NCBI GenBank assembly: GCA_017994695.1
Contig: JAGOKF010000010.1
Span: 230 to 64,229, forward strand
DNA: 64,000 bases
From: Myxococcota bacterium
Lineage (GTDB): Bacteria > Myxococcota_A > UBA9042 > DTJE01
Direction of reading: 5' to 3'
Positions 56,529 through 64,000 of the stretch are shown here, one piece after another. The position numbers and the translations under genes are program-made. Under the pieces are notes generated by a model that was not told where the DNA came from, ran no database searches, and saw only the letters and a list, made by a program, of their open reading frames with translations. Within the stretch, counting starts at the first letter, position 1. Every line of letters starts with the position of its first letter.

Positions 56529-56542
56529 CGGTCCTGCCTCCC

Positions 56543-57118
56543 TCAAGCGCCCGGGGCCGCCGGGCGATCCCGTCCTTCCACGCACCGCCGCGCCTCGGCG
56601 TACCCGGCCTGGAGGCATTGGAGGTTCACGTCCACCAGGGCCGGCTTCCGGGCGAAGGTCTCCCGGACCAGGGCCTCCACCTGGGCCATCGGCACCACCT
56701 CCGTGGCCCCGACGAAGGCTCCCAGAGCCACCATGTTGGCGCCCTTCGGATTGCCCAGGGAGTTGGCCAGGTCGTTCGCGGCGACGGGCACCACCAGGAC
56801 GTCGGACCGGCGGCACTCCCGGTTCACCAGCGACGTGTTGTAGAGGATGACGCCCCCGGGACGCACCGCGTCCTCGAAGCGGTCCAGGGACGGCAGGTTC
56901 AGGGCCATCAGGGCCCGGGGCCGCTGGACCACCGGCGACCCGACGGGCCGGTCGGAGATCACCACCGTGCAGTTGGCCGTCCCGCCCCGCATCTCGGGGC
57001 CGTAGGATGGGAACCACGAAACCTCCCGGCCTTCCTTCATCCCGGCGTAGGCCAGCATCTTGCCGATCAGCAGGGCGCCCTGGCCTCCGAAACCCGCGAT
57101 GATCATCTCGTACTGCAT
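56543..57118 (-). CDS. 2-oxoacid:ferredoxin oxidoreductase gamma subunit
   Basis: MQYEMIIAGFGGQGALLIGKML hallmark of Por/Kor/Vor gamma. RBS AGGAGGGGA. Confidence 0.8.
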   Translation of the reverse strand: MQYEMIIAGFGGQGALLIGKMLAYAGMKEGREVSWFPSYGPEMRGGTANCTVVISDRPVGSPVVQRPRALMALNLPSLDRFEDAVRPGGVILYNTSLVNRECRRSDVLVVPVAANDLANSLGNPKGANMVALGAFVGATEVVPMAQVEALVRETFARKPALVDVNLQCLQAGYAEARRCVEGRDRPAAPGA

Positions 57119-57136
57119 CGGCCGTCCCCTCCTGCC

Positions 57137-57964
57137 TCACTCCCGTTCCAGGGGCCTCGGGGCCCGGTCCCCGCCGTCGGGCGTCTTGAAGACCCCCAGG
57201 GGGTAGTAGGGCACCATGTTCTTCTCGACCCAGTCGCAGGCCTCGTGAGGCGGGATCCCCCAGTTGGTCGGACAGGTCGAGAGGAGTTCCACCAGGCTGA
57301 AGCAGCGCCCCTCCTCCTGGAACCGGAAGGCCCGGCGAAGCAGCCGCCTGGCCTCGACCACGTGGAGAGGGGTGTGGACCGCCCCCCGGGCGATGAACGC
57401 GGGCGTCCGCAGGGCGCTGACCAGTTCCGCCACCCTCAAGGGATGTCCCGCCAGGGAGACGTCCCGCCCCAGGGGCGACGTGGTCGTCACCTGGCCGGGC
57501 ATCGTGGTGGGCGCCATCTGCCCGCCGGTCATCCCGTAGATGGCGTTGTTGACGAAGACCACGGTGACCTTCTCGCCCCGGTTGGCGCAGTGGAGGATCT
57601 CGCTGAGGCCGATGGAGGCCAGGTCCCCGTCGCCCTGGTAGGTGAAGACGACCAGGTCCGGTCGGGCCCGCTTGATGCCCGTGGCGACGGCCGGGGCACG
57701 CCCGTGGCTGGCTTCGTGCATGTCCGTGGCGAAGTAGTTGTAGGCCAGCACCGCGCAGCCGACCGGGGACACGCCGACGGTCCGCTCCCGGACTCCCAGT
57801 TCGTCCAGCACCTCGGCGATCATCCGGTGGATCACCCCGTGGGTGCATCCCGGACAGTAGTGGGTGATCACCTTCCGCAGGGACTCGGGGTGGCCGAAGG
57901 CCTTGGCCCGGGACCGTTCCGGCTCCCCTGCCCGGACCTCCTCCTGCACCACGGGACTAGACAT
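57137..57964 (-). CDS. 2-oxoacid:ferredoxin oxidoreductase beta subunit (TPP-binding)
   Basis: CPGCTHG and GDGD TPP motifs. ATG 57962-57964 overlaps alpha stop by 8 nt. Confidence 0.8.
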   Translation of the reverse strand: MSSPVVQEEVRAGEPERSRAKAFGHPESLRKVITHYCPGCTHGVIHRMIAEVLDELGVRERTVGVSPVGCAVLAYNYFATDMHEASHGRAPAVATGIKRARPDLVVFTYQGDGDLASIGLSEILHCANRGEKVTVVFVNNAIYGMTGGQMAPTTMPGQVTTTSPLGRDVSLAGHPLRVAELVSALRTPAFIARGAVHTPLHVVEARRLLRRAFRFQEEGRCFSLVELLSTCPTNWGIPPHEACDWVEKNMVPYYPLGVFKTPDGGDRAPRPLERE

Positions 57965-59045
57965 CCTCCACCTCCCGGGAACGCCCCTCCAGGACATCGA
58001 TCATGCGGGCCGCGGCCTCCTCGGGCGAGATCAGGTTGCCCCCGGTGCGCCCGTGGAAGTGGATCGGCCGGGACCGTCCCAGGGCCAGCCGGACGTCCTC
58101 CACCATCTGGCCCGCGGACAGTTCCAGCACCAGCACCGCCTTGGCCTTTTCCGCCGCCGCGGCCAGTTCCCCGTAGGGATAGGGAAAGAGGCTGATCGGT
58201 CGGAACAGCGCCACCCGACGCCCCTGGTCCCGCAACTCCTCGATGGCGCTCAGGGCGACCCGGGCCACGGTCCCGTAGGCCACCACCAGCAGGTCGCAGT
58301 CCCCGTCGTCGAAGCGCACCTGGAAGCGCCGTTCCCGTTCCCGGATCAGCCGGTACTTCTGCTGGAGGTTGCGGTTGTGCGCCTCCAGGGTGTCCGCGTC
58401 GAGGTAGAGGCTGTTGATCACCGCCCGGGGGCGATCCCCCTTCCATCCGGTCGAGGCCCAGGTCTTCGGAGGGAGGTCCGGAGCCGGGAGGCGCTCGTCC
58501 GGCAGTTCCACGGGCTCCATCATCTGGCCGATCAGGCCGTCGCCGAGGACCATCACGGGGGTGCGGTATCGGTCCGCGATGTCGAAGGCCTCCATCGTCA
58601 GGTCCGCCGCTTCCTGGACCGACCAGGGGCCCAGCACCGGCACCCGGTAGTCCCCGTGCCCTCCCCCCTTCGTGGCCTGCAGGTAGTCGGCCTGGGAGGG
58701 GAGGATCCCCCCGAGTCCCGGACCAGCCCGCATGATGTTCACGATCACCACCGGGAGTTCGGACCCGGCCATGTAGGAGACGGCCTCCTGCATCAGGCTG
58801 ATCCCCGGGCTGGACGAAGAGGTGAGGACCCTCACCCCGGCCCCCGAGGCCCCGTAGAGCATGTTCGAGGCGGCCACCTCCGACTCGGCCTGGACGTAGG
58901 TTCCTCCCACCTGGGGCAGCCGGTGGGACAGGTACTCGGGAATCTCGTTCTGGGGGGTGATGGGATAGCCGAAGAAGAGGCGGCACCCTGCTCGGATGGC
59001 CGCCTCCGCGATGGCCTCGGTCCCCTTCATCAGCTTTCTGGCCAT
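57957..59045 (-). CDS. 2-oxoacid:ferredoxin oxidoreductase alpha subunit
   Basis: MARKLMKGTEAIAEAAIRAGCRLFFGYPITPQNEI N-terminus typical of Por/Kor alpha. Confidence 0.8.
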   Translation of the reverse strand: MARKLMKGTEAIAEAAIRAGCRLFFGYPITPQNEIPEYLSHRLPQVGGTYVQAESEVAASNMLYGASGAGVRVLTSSSSPGISLMQEAVSYMAGSELPVVIVNIMRAGPGLGGILPSQADYLQATKGGGHGDYRVPVLGPWSVQEAADLTMEAFDIADRYRTPVMVLGDGLIGQMMEPVELPDERLPAPDLPPKTWASTGWKGDRPRAVINSLYLDADTLEAHNRNLQQKYRLIRERERRFQVRFDDGDCDLLVVAYGTVARVALSAIEELRDQGRRVALFRPISLFPYPYGELAAAAEKAKAVLVLELSAGQMVEDVRLALGRSRPIHFHGRTGGNLISPEEAAARMIDVLEGRSREVEDV

Positions 59046-59057
59046 GTCGGTTCGCCC

Positions 59058-59291
59058 TCAGTAGCGGAAGTAATGCACCAGCGTCCCGTTCACCTCCATC
59101 GAGAGGGCCACGTCGGGACAGGTGATGCAGCAGACGCGACACCCGATGCAGTGCCGCTGGCGGGCCACCTTCACGAAGAAGTAGCCCTTGGCGTTCAGGT
59201 CCCGGCCCATCTCCAGCACCTGCCGGGGACAGGCCCGGACACAGAGCTCGCATCCCTTGCAGCGATCCGGCTCCACGACGATCCGAGGCAT
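59058..59291 (-). CDS. 2-oxoacid:ferredoxin oxidoreductase delta subunit (2x4Fe-4S ferredoxin)
   Basis: 77 aa MPRIVVEPDRCKGCELCVRACP...CIGCRVCCITCP. RBS GGGAGGAGG 5 nt before ATG. Upstream part of ORF 59058..59471 is junk. Confidence 0.8.
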   Translation of the reverse strand: MPRIVVEPDRCKGCELCVRACPRQVLEMGRDLNAKGYFFVKVARQRHCIGCRVCCITCPDVALSMEVNGTLVHYFRY

Positions 59292-59325
59292 GTCGGCCTC
59301 CTCCCGGCCCCTTCGGGGGCTCCGT

Positions 59326-60042
59326 TCATCGCAACACGAACAGCGGCCCGGAACGGGGCACCCGGGGCCCGTCCACCGGGGGCTGGACGATCCGGTGCAG
59401 GGGAAGCACCTCGCAACCAGGGTCCCCGGGGCCCACCAGCGCATCCTCCCGTCCCGCCTCGACGCCGACACCGACCACCGGGACCCCCAGGGCCTCGGCG
59501 GTCCAGCGGGCCATCGACAGGCCCTCCTCGACCACCTCCCGGGTGGTCCGGTCCATCAGGTGGGTGTTCGAAAAGACCCCTGTCACCTTCAGGCGCGACA
59601 CCCGTTCGATTTCCCGGGCCATCGCCACGGCCGACTCGGGATCGGGGGTGAAGGGGCGGCGGAAGTTCACGACCAGCACCAGTTCATGATCCGCCGGCCG
59701 GAGGACGTCCGACAGCGCCCCCAGAATCCGGGCCCCGTTCTCGTCCCCCCCGACATCCATCACCACCCGCCCGGCATGGTCGGCGCAGATCGTCCGGACC
59801 CGGGGAAGCAGGATGGGAAGGTCCGCGGTGGCCAGGTCCCCTTCCGGGGCGACCAGGTCCACGCCCAGGCGGGCCAGCGTCGCCGCGGCTTCGCGGCTCC
59901 GGAAATAGGGCTTCACGACGTCCAGGTCCGCCAGCACCACCCGGTCCCCGGCCCGGGCCATCCCGATGGCGGCGTTGACGGCCACCTCGGTCTTCCCGCT
60001 CCCGAAGTGCCCGACCAGGATGGCGAGGGATTTCCGGAACAT
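59326..60042 (-). CDS. P-loop NTPase, uncharacterized (Walker A GHFGSGKT; SIMIBI-like)
   Basis: MFRKSLAILVGHFGSGKTEVAVNAAIGMARAGDRVVLADLD. 34 nt upstream of porD, same strand. Confidence 0.5.
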   Translation of the reverse strand: MFRKSLAILVGHFGSGKTEVAVNAAIGMARAGDRVVLADLDVVKPYFRSREAAATLARLGVDLVAPEGDLATADLPILLPRVRTICADHAGRVVMDVGGDENGARILGALSDVLRPADHELVLVVNFRRPFTPDPESAVAMAREIERVSRLKVTGVFSNTHLMDRTTREVVEEGLSMARWTAEALGVPVVGVGVEAGREDALVGPGDPGCEVLPLHRIVQPPVDGPRVPRSGPLFVLR

Positions 60043-60191
60043 GATCCTTCCCCGAGGCCAGGGGAAACATAGGCTGCCGCAAAAGGGGAAGTCAAGCGGA
60101 ACCCGGCTCCGCCCGGCCCGGTGGACCCCGGAAGGTCGGGTTTCGGAACCCCGCCGGTTCGGCTAGACTTCGACCGACGGCCGGAGGGTCC

Positions 60192-61175
60192 ATGGCACCC
60201 CGCGGGGCAGGTCCGGAAACCGGCAGGATGGGACGGGCGATCGGCCCCCGGGGACCGGTCGTGGTCCTGTGGCTTTTCCTCGCCACCTCCTGGGCCTGCG
60301 CCACCCCGCCGACGACGCTCCCGGTTCCCCGTCCCGTGCCCGCACCGGCCCCGGACTGCCGGCGTTCCTCCACGCGCCCCGCGGAGTTTCGATTCGGACT
60401 CCTGTCCGGCGTGGTTCGTTCGGGGCAGGACCTGGCAGGCCTGGAGTCCTGGATCACGTCGCGGATGGGCATCCCGGCCAGGATCGAGGTCCTCGAACGG
60501 TACGACGACCTGGGAAGTCGGATGCTCCAGGGAACCCTGGAAGCGGCGATGCTCCCGCCTCTGGAGTACGTTCGCACCCGGAGCCGCGACCCGTGCATCG
60601 GCGCCCGGCTGACCGCGGTGGTCAGCGGATCGGTGCGGTATTCCTCGTTCCTGGTGGCCCGGAAGGATTCCCGCATCCGGCGGCTTCAGGACCTCCGGGG
60701 AGCCCGGGGGGCCTTCGTGTCGCCGGACTCCGCCTCGGGCTGGCTCTTCGCGTTGCGACGGATGCAGGAGGCGGGCCTGGACCCCTGGAAGGACCTGGCG
60801 GAGGTCCGTTTCCTGGGCTCCCACGCCGCCGTCATCGAGGCGGTGATCCGCGGCGAGAGCGACCTGGGAGCGACCTTCGACGGGGCCCTTGTCGCCGCTC
60901 GCCAGGGTGGGTGGGACACTGCATCCCTCTCCCTGGTCGCCCTGGGGGGCCGTGTCCCCTTCGACGCCGTCGTGGTCTCTCCGGAGGTTCCCGAAGACCT
61001 GGCGAACCTGTTTCTGGGGGCACTGGCGGCCATCGACACCACGACCCCGGAAGGGCGATCGATCCTGTCGGTCCTGCCCAACTACAGCGGATTCGTCCCC
61101 ACCGACGACTCCTTCTACGACGACGTGCGGAGGGTCGCGGAGGAGGTCCTCATGGACTCGGGGAGGTCCCGGTGA
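60192..61175 (+). CDS. Periplasmic substrate-binding protein, PhnD/SsuA-like (phosphonate/phosphate ABC-type SBP fold)
   Basis: Signal peptide. PBP type-2 fold. GGAGGG RBS before ATG 60192 (alternative ATG 60228). Confidence 0.6.
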   Translation: MAPRGAGPETGRMGRAIGPRGPVVVLWLFLATSWACATPPTTLPVPRPVPAPAPDCRRSSTRPAEFRFGLLSGVVRSGQDLAGLESWITSRMGIPARIEVLERYDDLGSRMLQGTLEAAMLPPLEYVRTRSRDPCIGARLTAVVSGSVRYSSFLVARKDSRIRRLQDLRGARGAFVSPDSASGWLFALRRMQEAGLDPWKDLAEVRFLGSHAAVIEAVIRGESDLGATFDGALVAARQGGWDTASLSLVALGGRVPFDAVVVSPEVPEDLANLFLGALAAIDTTTPEGRSILSVLPNYSGFVPTDDSFYDDVRRVAEEVLMDSGRSR

Positions 61176-62527
61176 GACTGCGAACCCGGATTCTCGGCCT
61201 GGGAGGGGCTCTGGCCCTGACCTCCAGCCTGGGCCTGGGCCTGCTGCTGCTGTCCCTCCAGCGGGACCGGGACGTCCGGGACATGGAACTGAGGGCCCGG
61301 GCCTTCCTGGAGGCCGTCCAGGTGGGCGTGCTCCCCATGATGGCCGAACAGCGGGTCACCGACCTGGATCGCCTGGTGTCCGAGATCCGGGAGCACCGGC
61401 TGGAAGACCTCGACCTGGTGTTCCTGGCGGTCCTGGACCCCGAGCGGAGAGTCCTGGGACACACGGACCCCCTGCTCTTCGGCACCCTCCTGGACGACGA
61501 CAGCGCCCGGCGGTTCTCGGAGGAGGACCAGGGACGGGTGGAGCAGGTCCACGACGAGGACCGGGAAATCCTGGTGGTGAGCCTCCCGGTCGTCTCCCGG
61601 GTGCCGGGATATCCGGGGATCCGGTGGGGAACCCTGGTTGCCGGATTCGACCTCACCGGAGCCCGGAAAGCCTGGACGAAGGCGGTCATCGGGACCGTGG
61701 CGCTGATCCTCGTCGCCGCCCTCGCGGCCGCCGGACTGGCGGTCCTGCTCCTCGACGGCCAGGTGGTTCGTCCCGTGCAGCGCCTGACGGAGGTCGCCGC
61801 CCAGCTGGGAAGCGGCAACCTGTCCGCACGGGTTCCGCTGTCGGGACGGGACGACGACCTGGCGGTCCTGGGGCGCACCTTCAACCAGATGGCCGAGGCC
61901 CTGGAGCAGCACACCCACGGACTGGAGAAGCAGGTCCGCCAGCGGACCCGGGAACTGGAGCGGGCGAACCGCCAGTTGCAGGAAGCCAACGAGCGGCTGC
62001 AGCGCCTGGCGGTCACCGACGGCCTGACCGGGCTCTACAACTTCCGCTACCTGCGCCAGACCCTGGAAATGGAACTGCACCGGGCCTCCAGGCAGAAGAG
62101 CCCCCTCTCCCTGCTGATGCTGGACGTGGACCTCTTCAAGCAGTTCAACGATCGGTACGGGCACCCGGCGGGGGACCGGGTGCTCCAGCGCATCGCCTGG
62201 ATCCTGCAGAAGCGGCTCCGCGTCACGGACATCCCCTGCCGCTACGGAGGGGAGGAGTTCGCGGTGGTCCTCCCGGACACCGATTCCCCGGCCGCCATCC
62301 AGGTCGCCGAGGAAATCCGGCGCCGGGTGGAGGGGGAGGACTTCTCCGAGGGGACGGGCGTCGATCACGCGACCCTGACCATCAGCATCGGGGTCGCCTC
62401 GTTCCCCGGGCACGGGAAGGATCCCGAGACCCTGCTGAAGGCCGCGGACACGGCCCTGTACCGGGCCAAGGATTCCGGACGCAACCGCGTGGTCCTGGCA
62501 AGTCCCCTGGAGGAGGCGACCTCATGA
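61172..62527 (+). CDS. Sensor diguanylate cyclase (TM-periplasmic region-TM-HAMP-GGDEF)
   Basis: GTG start overlapping SBP stop (GTGA) after GGGGAGG. HAMP. GGDEF motif RYGGEEF with upstream RxxD-like region. Confidence 0.8.
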   Translation: MRLRTRILGLGGALALTSSLGLGLLLLSLQRDRDVRDMELRARAFLEAVQVGVLPMMAEQRVTDLDRLVSEIREHRLEDLDLVFLAVLDPERRVLGHTDPLLFGTLLDDDSARRFSEEDQGRVEQVHDEDREILVVSLPVVSRVPGYPGIRWGTLVAGFDLTGARKAWTKAVIGTVALILVAALAAAGLAVLLLDGQVVRPVQRLTEVAAQLGSGNLSARVPLSGRDDDLAVLGRTFNQMAEALEQHTHGLEKQVRQRTRELERANRQLQEANERLQRLAVTDGLTGLYNFRYLRQTLEMELHRASRQKSPLSLLMLDVDLFKQFNDRYGHPAGDRVLQRIAWILQKRLRVTDIPCRYGGEEFAVVLPDTDSPAAIQVAEEIRRRVEGEDFSEGTGVDHATLTISIGVASFPGHGKDPETLLKAADTALYRAKDSGRNRVVLASPLEEATS

Positions 62528-63549
62528 CCCCCGAGGCACTGGCAGCCCGGATCGATGCCCCCGTCCGAGTCGTCCAGGTCCGATCCCGCGACGGCACCTC
62601 CCTGACGGCCTACGAGGCCGGCCGGGGACGGGAAACCCTGGTGCTCTGTCCCGGCCTCGGGGGGAACCTCCTGTGCTGGAAGCACGTGCTGGAGGGATTC
62701 CAGGGGGTGTACCGGATGATCACCTGGGACCCCCGGGGAACCTATTTCTCGGCCGCCCCCGCTGACCGGGATCGCATCGGGGTGCCGAACCACGTGGACG
62801 ACCTCGAGGCCGTGATGGAGGCCCTGGGGGTGAGCCGGTGCATCCTCGGCGGCTGGAGCATGGGGGTCCAGGTCGCCATCGCCTTCGTCCACCGCCACCC
62901 CGACCGGATGCCCCGGGCGCTGCTGCTCCTGCAGGGCCATCCGGGCCACCTCCTCCGGGACGTGCTGGACCTGCCCTGGATGGAGCCGGTGTTGCAGACC
63001 GCCCTGGCCACCCTGATTCCCCTCTCGAGGTACCTCCAGCCCTTCCTGGGCCCCCTGTTCCGGCAGCCCGGAATGATTCCCCTGCTGAACGAGGTCGGCC
63101 TCGTCGCCACCCGGGACGGAGTCTTCCCGGAGGTCCTGGCGGCGTTCAGCCACCTGCACTTCCCGAGGTATCTGCGCATGATCGACCGCCTCGGTCGCCA
63201 CAGCACCGAGGACTGGCTCGGGGAGATCCGCTGCCCCACGCTGATCACCGCCGGTTCCCGGGACGTGCTGACTCCCCCCTCGGTGGCGAGGCGGGCCCGG
63301 GAACGGATCCCGGGATCGCGCCTGGTCGTCTTCGAAGGGGGCACCCACTACACGATGATGGAGATGCCCGACCGGATGCACCGGGTCCTGGAGGAGTTCC
63401 TGCGGGAAGTGGACCCGGCGTCCTTCGCTCCCCTGCCGTCCATCGACCCATCGGACCGGGCGAGGCGACACGCTCCCCGTGGCCGGGGCTCCCGCCGACC
63501 TCCGGCGGCAGGGCAGCCTCCGATCGCGGGTTCGACGGGGCCCGGTTGA
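62524..63549 (+). CDS. Alpha/beta-fold hydrolase
   Basis: ATGA overlap with GGDEF stop. GWSMG nucleophile elbow. Typical AB_hydrolase_1 layout. Confidence 0.7.
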   Translation: MTPEALAARIDAPVRVVQVRSRDGTSLTAYEAGRGRETLVLCPGLGGNLLCWKHVLEGFQGVYRMITWDPRGTYFSAAPADRDRIGVPNHVDDLEAVMEALGVSRCILGGWSMGVQVAIAFVHRHPDRMPRALLLLQGHPGHLLRDVLDLPWMEPVLQTALATLIPLSRYLQPFLGPLFRQPGMIPLLNEVGLVATRDGVFPEVLAAFSHLHFPRYLRMIDRLGRHSTEDWLGEIRCPTLITAGSRDVLTPPSVARRARERIPGSRLVVFEGGTHYTMMEMPDRMHRVLEEFLREVDPASFAPLPSIDPSDRARRHAPRGRGSRRPPAAGQPPIAGSTGPG

Positions 63550-63603
63550 CAGCACGCCGGCCCTCTCCGTAAGGTTGCATCCAAGTCCTGCAGGGAGGCG
63601 TTC

Positions 63604-64000
63604 ATGTCCGGGAAACGAGTGGCGGTCGTTCTGTCGGGATGCGGGGTCTTCGACGGATCCGAGATCCACGAGGCCACCCTGTCGCTGCTGGCGCTGGACC
63701 GGAGGGGGGCGGGGATGGTCCTCGCCGCACCGGACATTCCCCAGACCCGGGTGCACGACCATGGCCTCGGCCAGGACGTTCCCGGAGAGGTGCGGAACGT
63801 GCGGACCGAGGCCGCCCGCATCGCCCGCGGGCCCGTCCGGGCGGTGAAGGATCTCCGGCTGGAGGAACTGGACGCGGTGCTGATCCCCGGGGGCTACGGC
63901 GCGGCACTGAACCTGTCCAGCCTGGCCCGGGACGGGGCCGCCATGACCCTCGAGCCCACGCTGGCCCGCTTCCTGGGGGAGGCGAGGAAGGCCGGGAAGG
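63604..64000 (+). CDS. elbB: Isoprenoid biosynthesis glyoxalase ElbB (DJ-1/PfpI superfamily), 5' portion
   Basis: RBS AGGGAGG 5 nt before ATG 63604. MSGKRVAVVLSGCGVFDGSEIHEATL matches the ElbB N-terminus. Runs off the window end. Confidence 0.75.
   Translation, partial: MSGKRVAVVLSGCGVFDGSEIHEATLSLLALDRRGAGMVLAAPDIPQTRVHDHGLGQDVPGEVRNVRTEAARIARGPVRAVKDLRLEELDAVLIPGGYGAALNLSSLARDGAAMTLEPTLARFLGEARKAGK

Noticed and set aside
1-64000. Search for tRNA/rRNA, CRISPR repeats, IS elements/integrases
   Set aside because: No tRNA-like T-arm/anticodon-arm consensus. No spaced direct repeats. No transposase/integrase-like ORFs or inverted terminal repeats noticed. GC content uniform, so no sign of an acquired island.

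Overview
64 kb window of a very high-GC (~70%) bacterial chromosome. Coding is dense on both strands. I find about 57 protein-coding genes and no rRNA, tRNA, CRISPR array or obvious IS/transposon. Gene content suggests a Myxococcota/Deltaproteobacteria-like Gram-negative organism; this is an inference only. Supporting gene content: lipoproteins with lipoboxes, TIG-domain surface protein, GGDEF signalling, 2-oxoacid:ferredoxin oxidoreductase with a NuoEF-like module, MoxR/DUF58/transglutaminase triad, GGAGG Shine-Dalgarno sites. Many long antisense ORFs in the six-frame track are artefacts of GC-rich, stop-poor DNA (Arg/Gly/Pro-rich translations) and are not called. Genes are frequently translationally coupled by 4-nt ATGA/GTGA/TTGA stop-start overlaps, and GTG/TTG starts are common. 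Main blocks: (1) housekeeping lipid/tRNA genes (pssA, BFN nuclease, miaB); (2) MoxR-DUF58-transglutaminase operon with a HEAT-repeat protein; (3) envelope genes (RRM protein, XdhC-like, giant TIG lipoprotein, PBP1A); (4) an ACP-centred 11-gene biosynthetic operon (31112..22643, minus strand) plus a convergent unit on the plus strand. The plus-strand unit is a degenerate-GGDEF sugar transferase and a B12-binding radical SAM. The minus-strand operon is ACP, AcpS, hotdog thioesterase, FabF-like KAS, FabH-like KASIII, FabD-like acyltransferase, 3-hydroxyacyl-CoA dehydrogenase, two crotonases, a degenerate AcpS paralogue and a second B12 radical SAM. This is the best candidate for an undescribed lipid/polyketide-like system. 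(5) Carbohydrate genes (GH36, alpha-glucan phosphorylase, fba). (6) An ABC exporter divergent from tandem cyanophycin synthetase genes, the first with a degenerate Mur-ligase P-loop. (7) A four-subunit 2-oxoacid:ferredoxin oxidoreductase fused in one operon to NuoE/NuoF/NuoG-like diaphorase subunits, a ferredoxin and a rubrerythrin-like protein. (8) A periplasmic binding protein-GGDEF-hydrolase signalling unit, then partial elbB.
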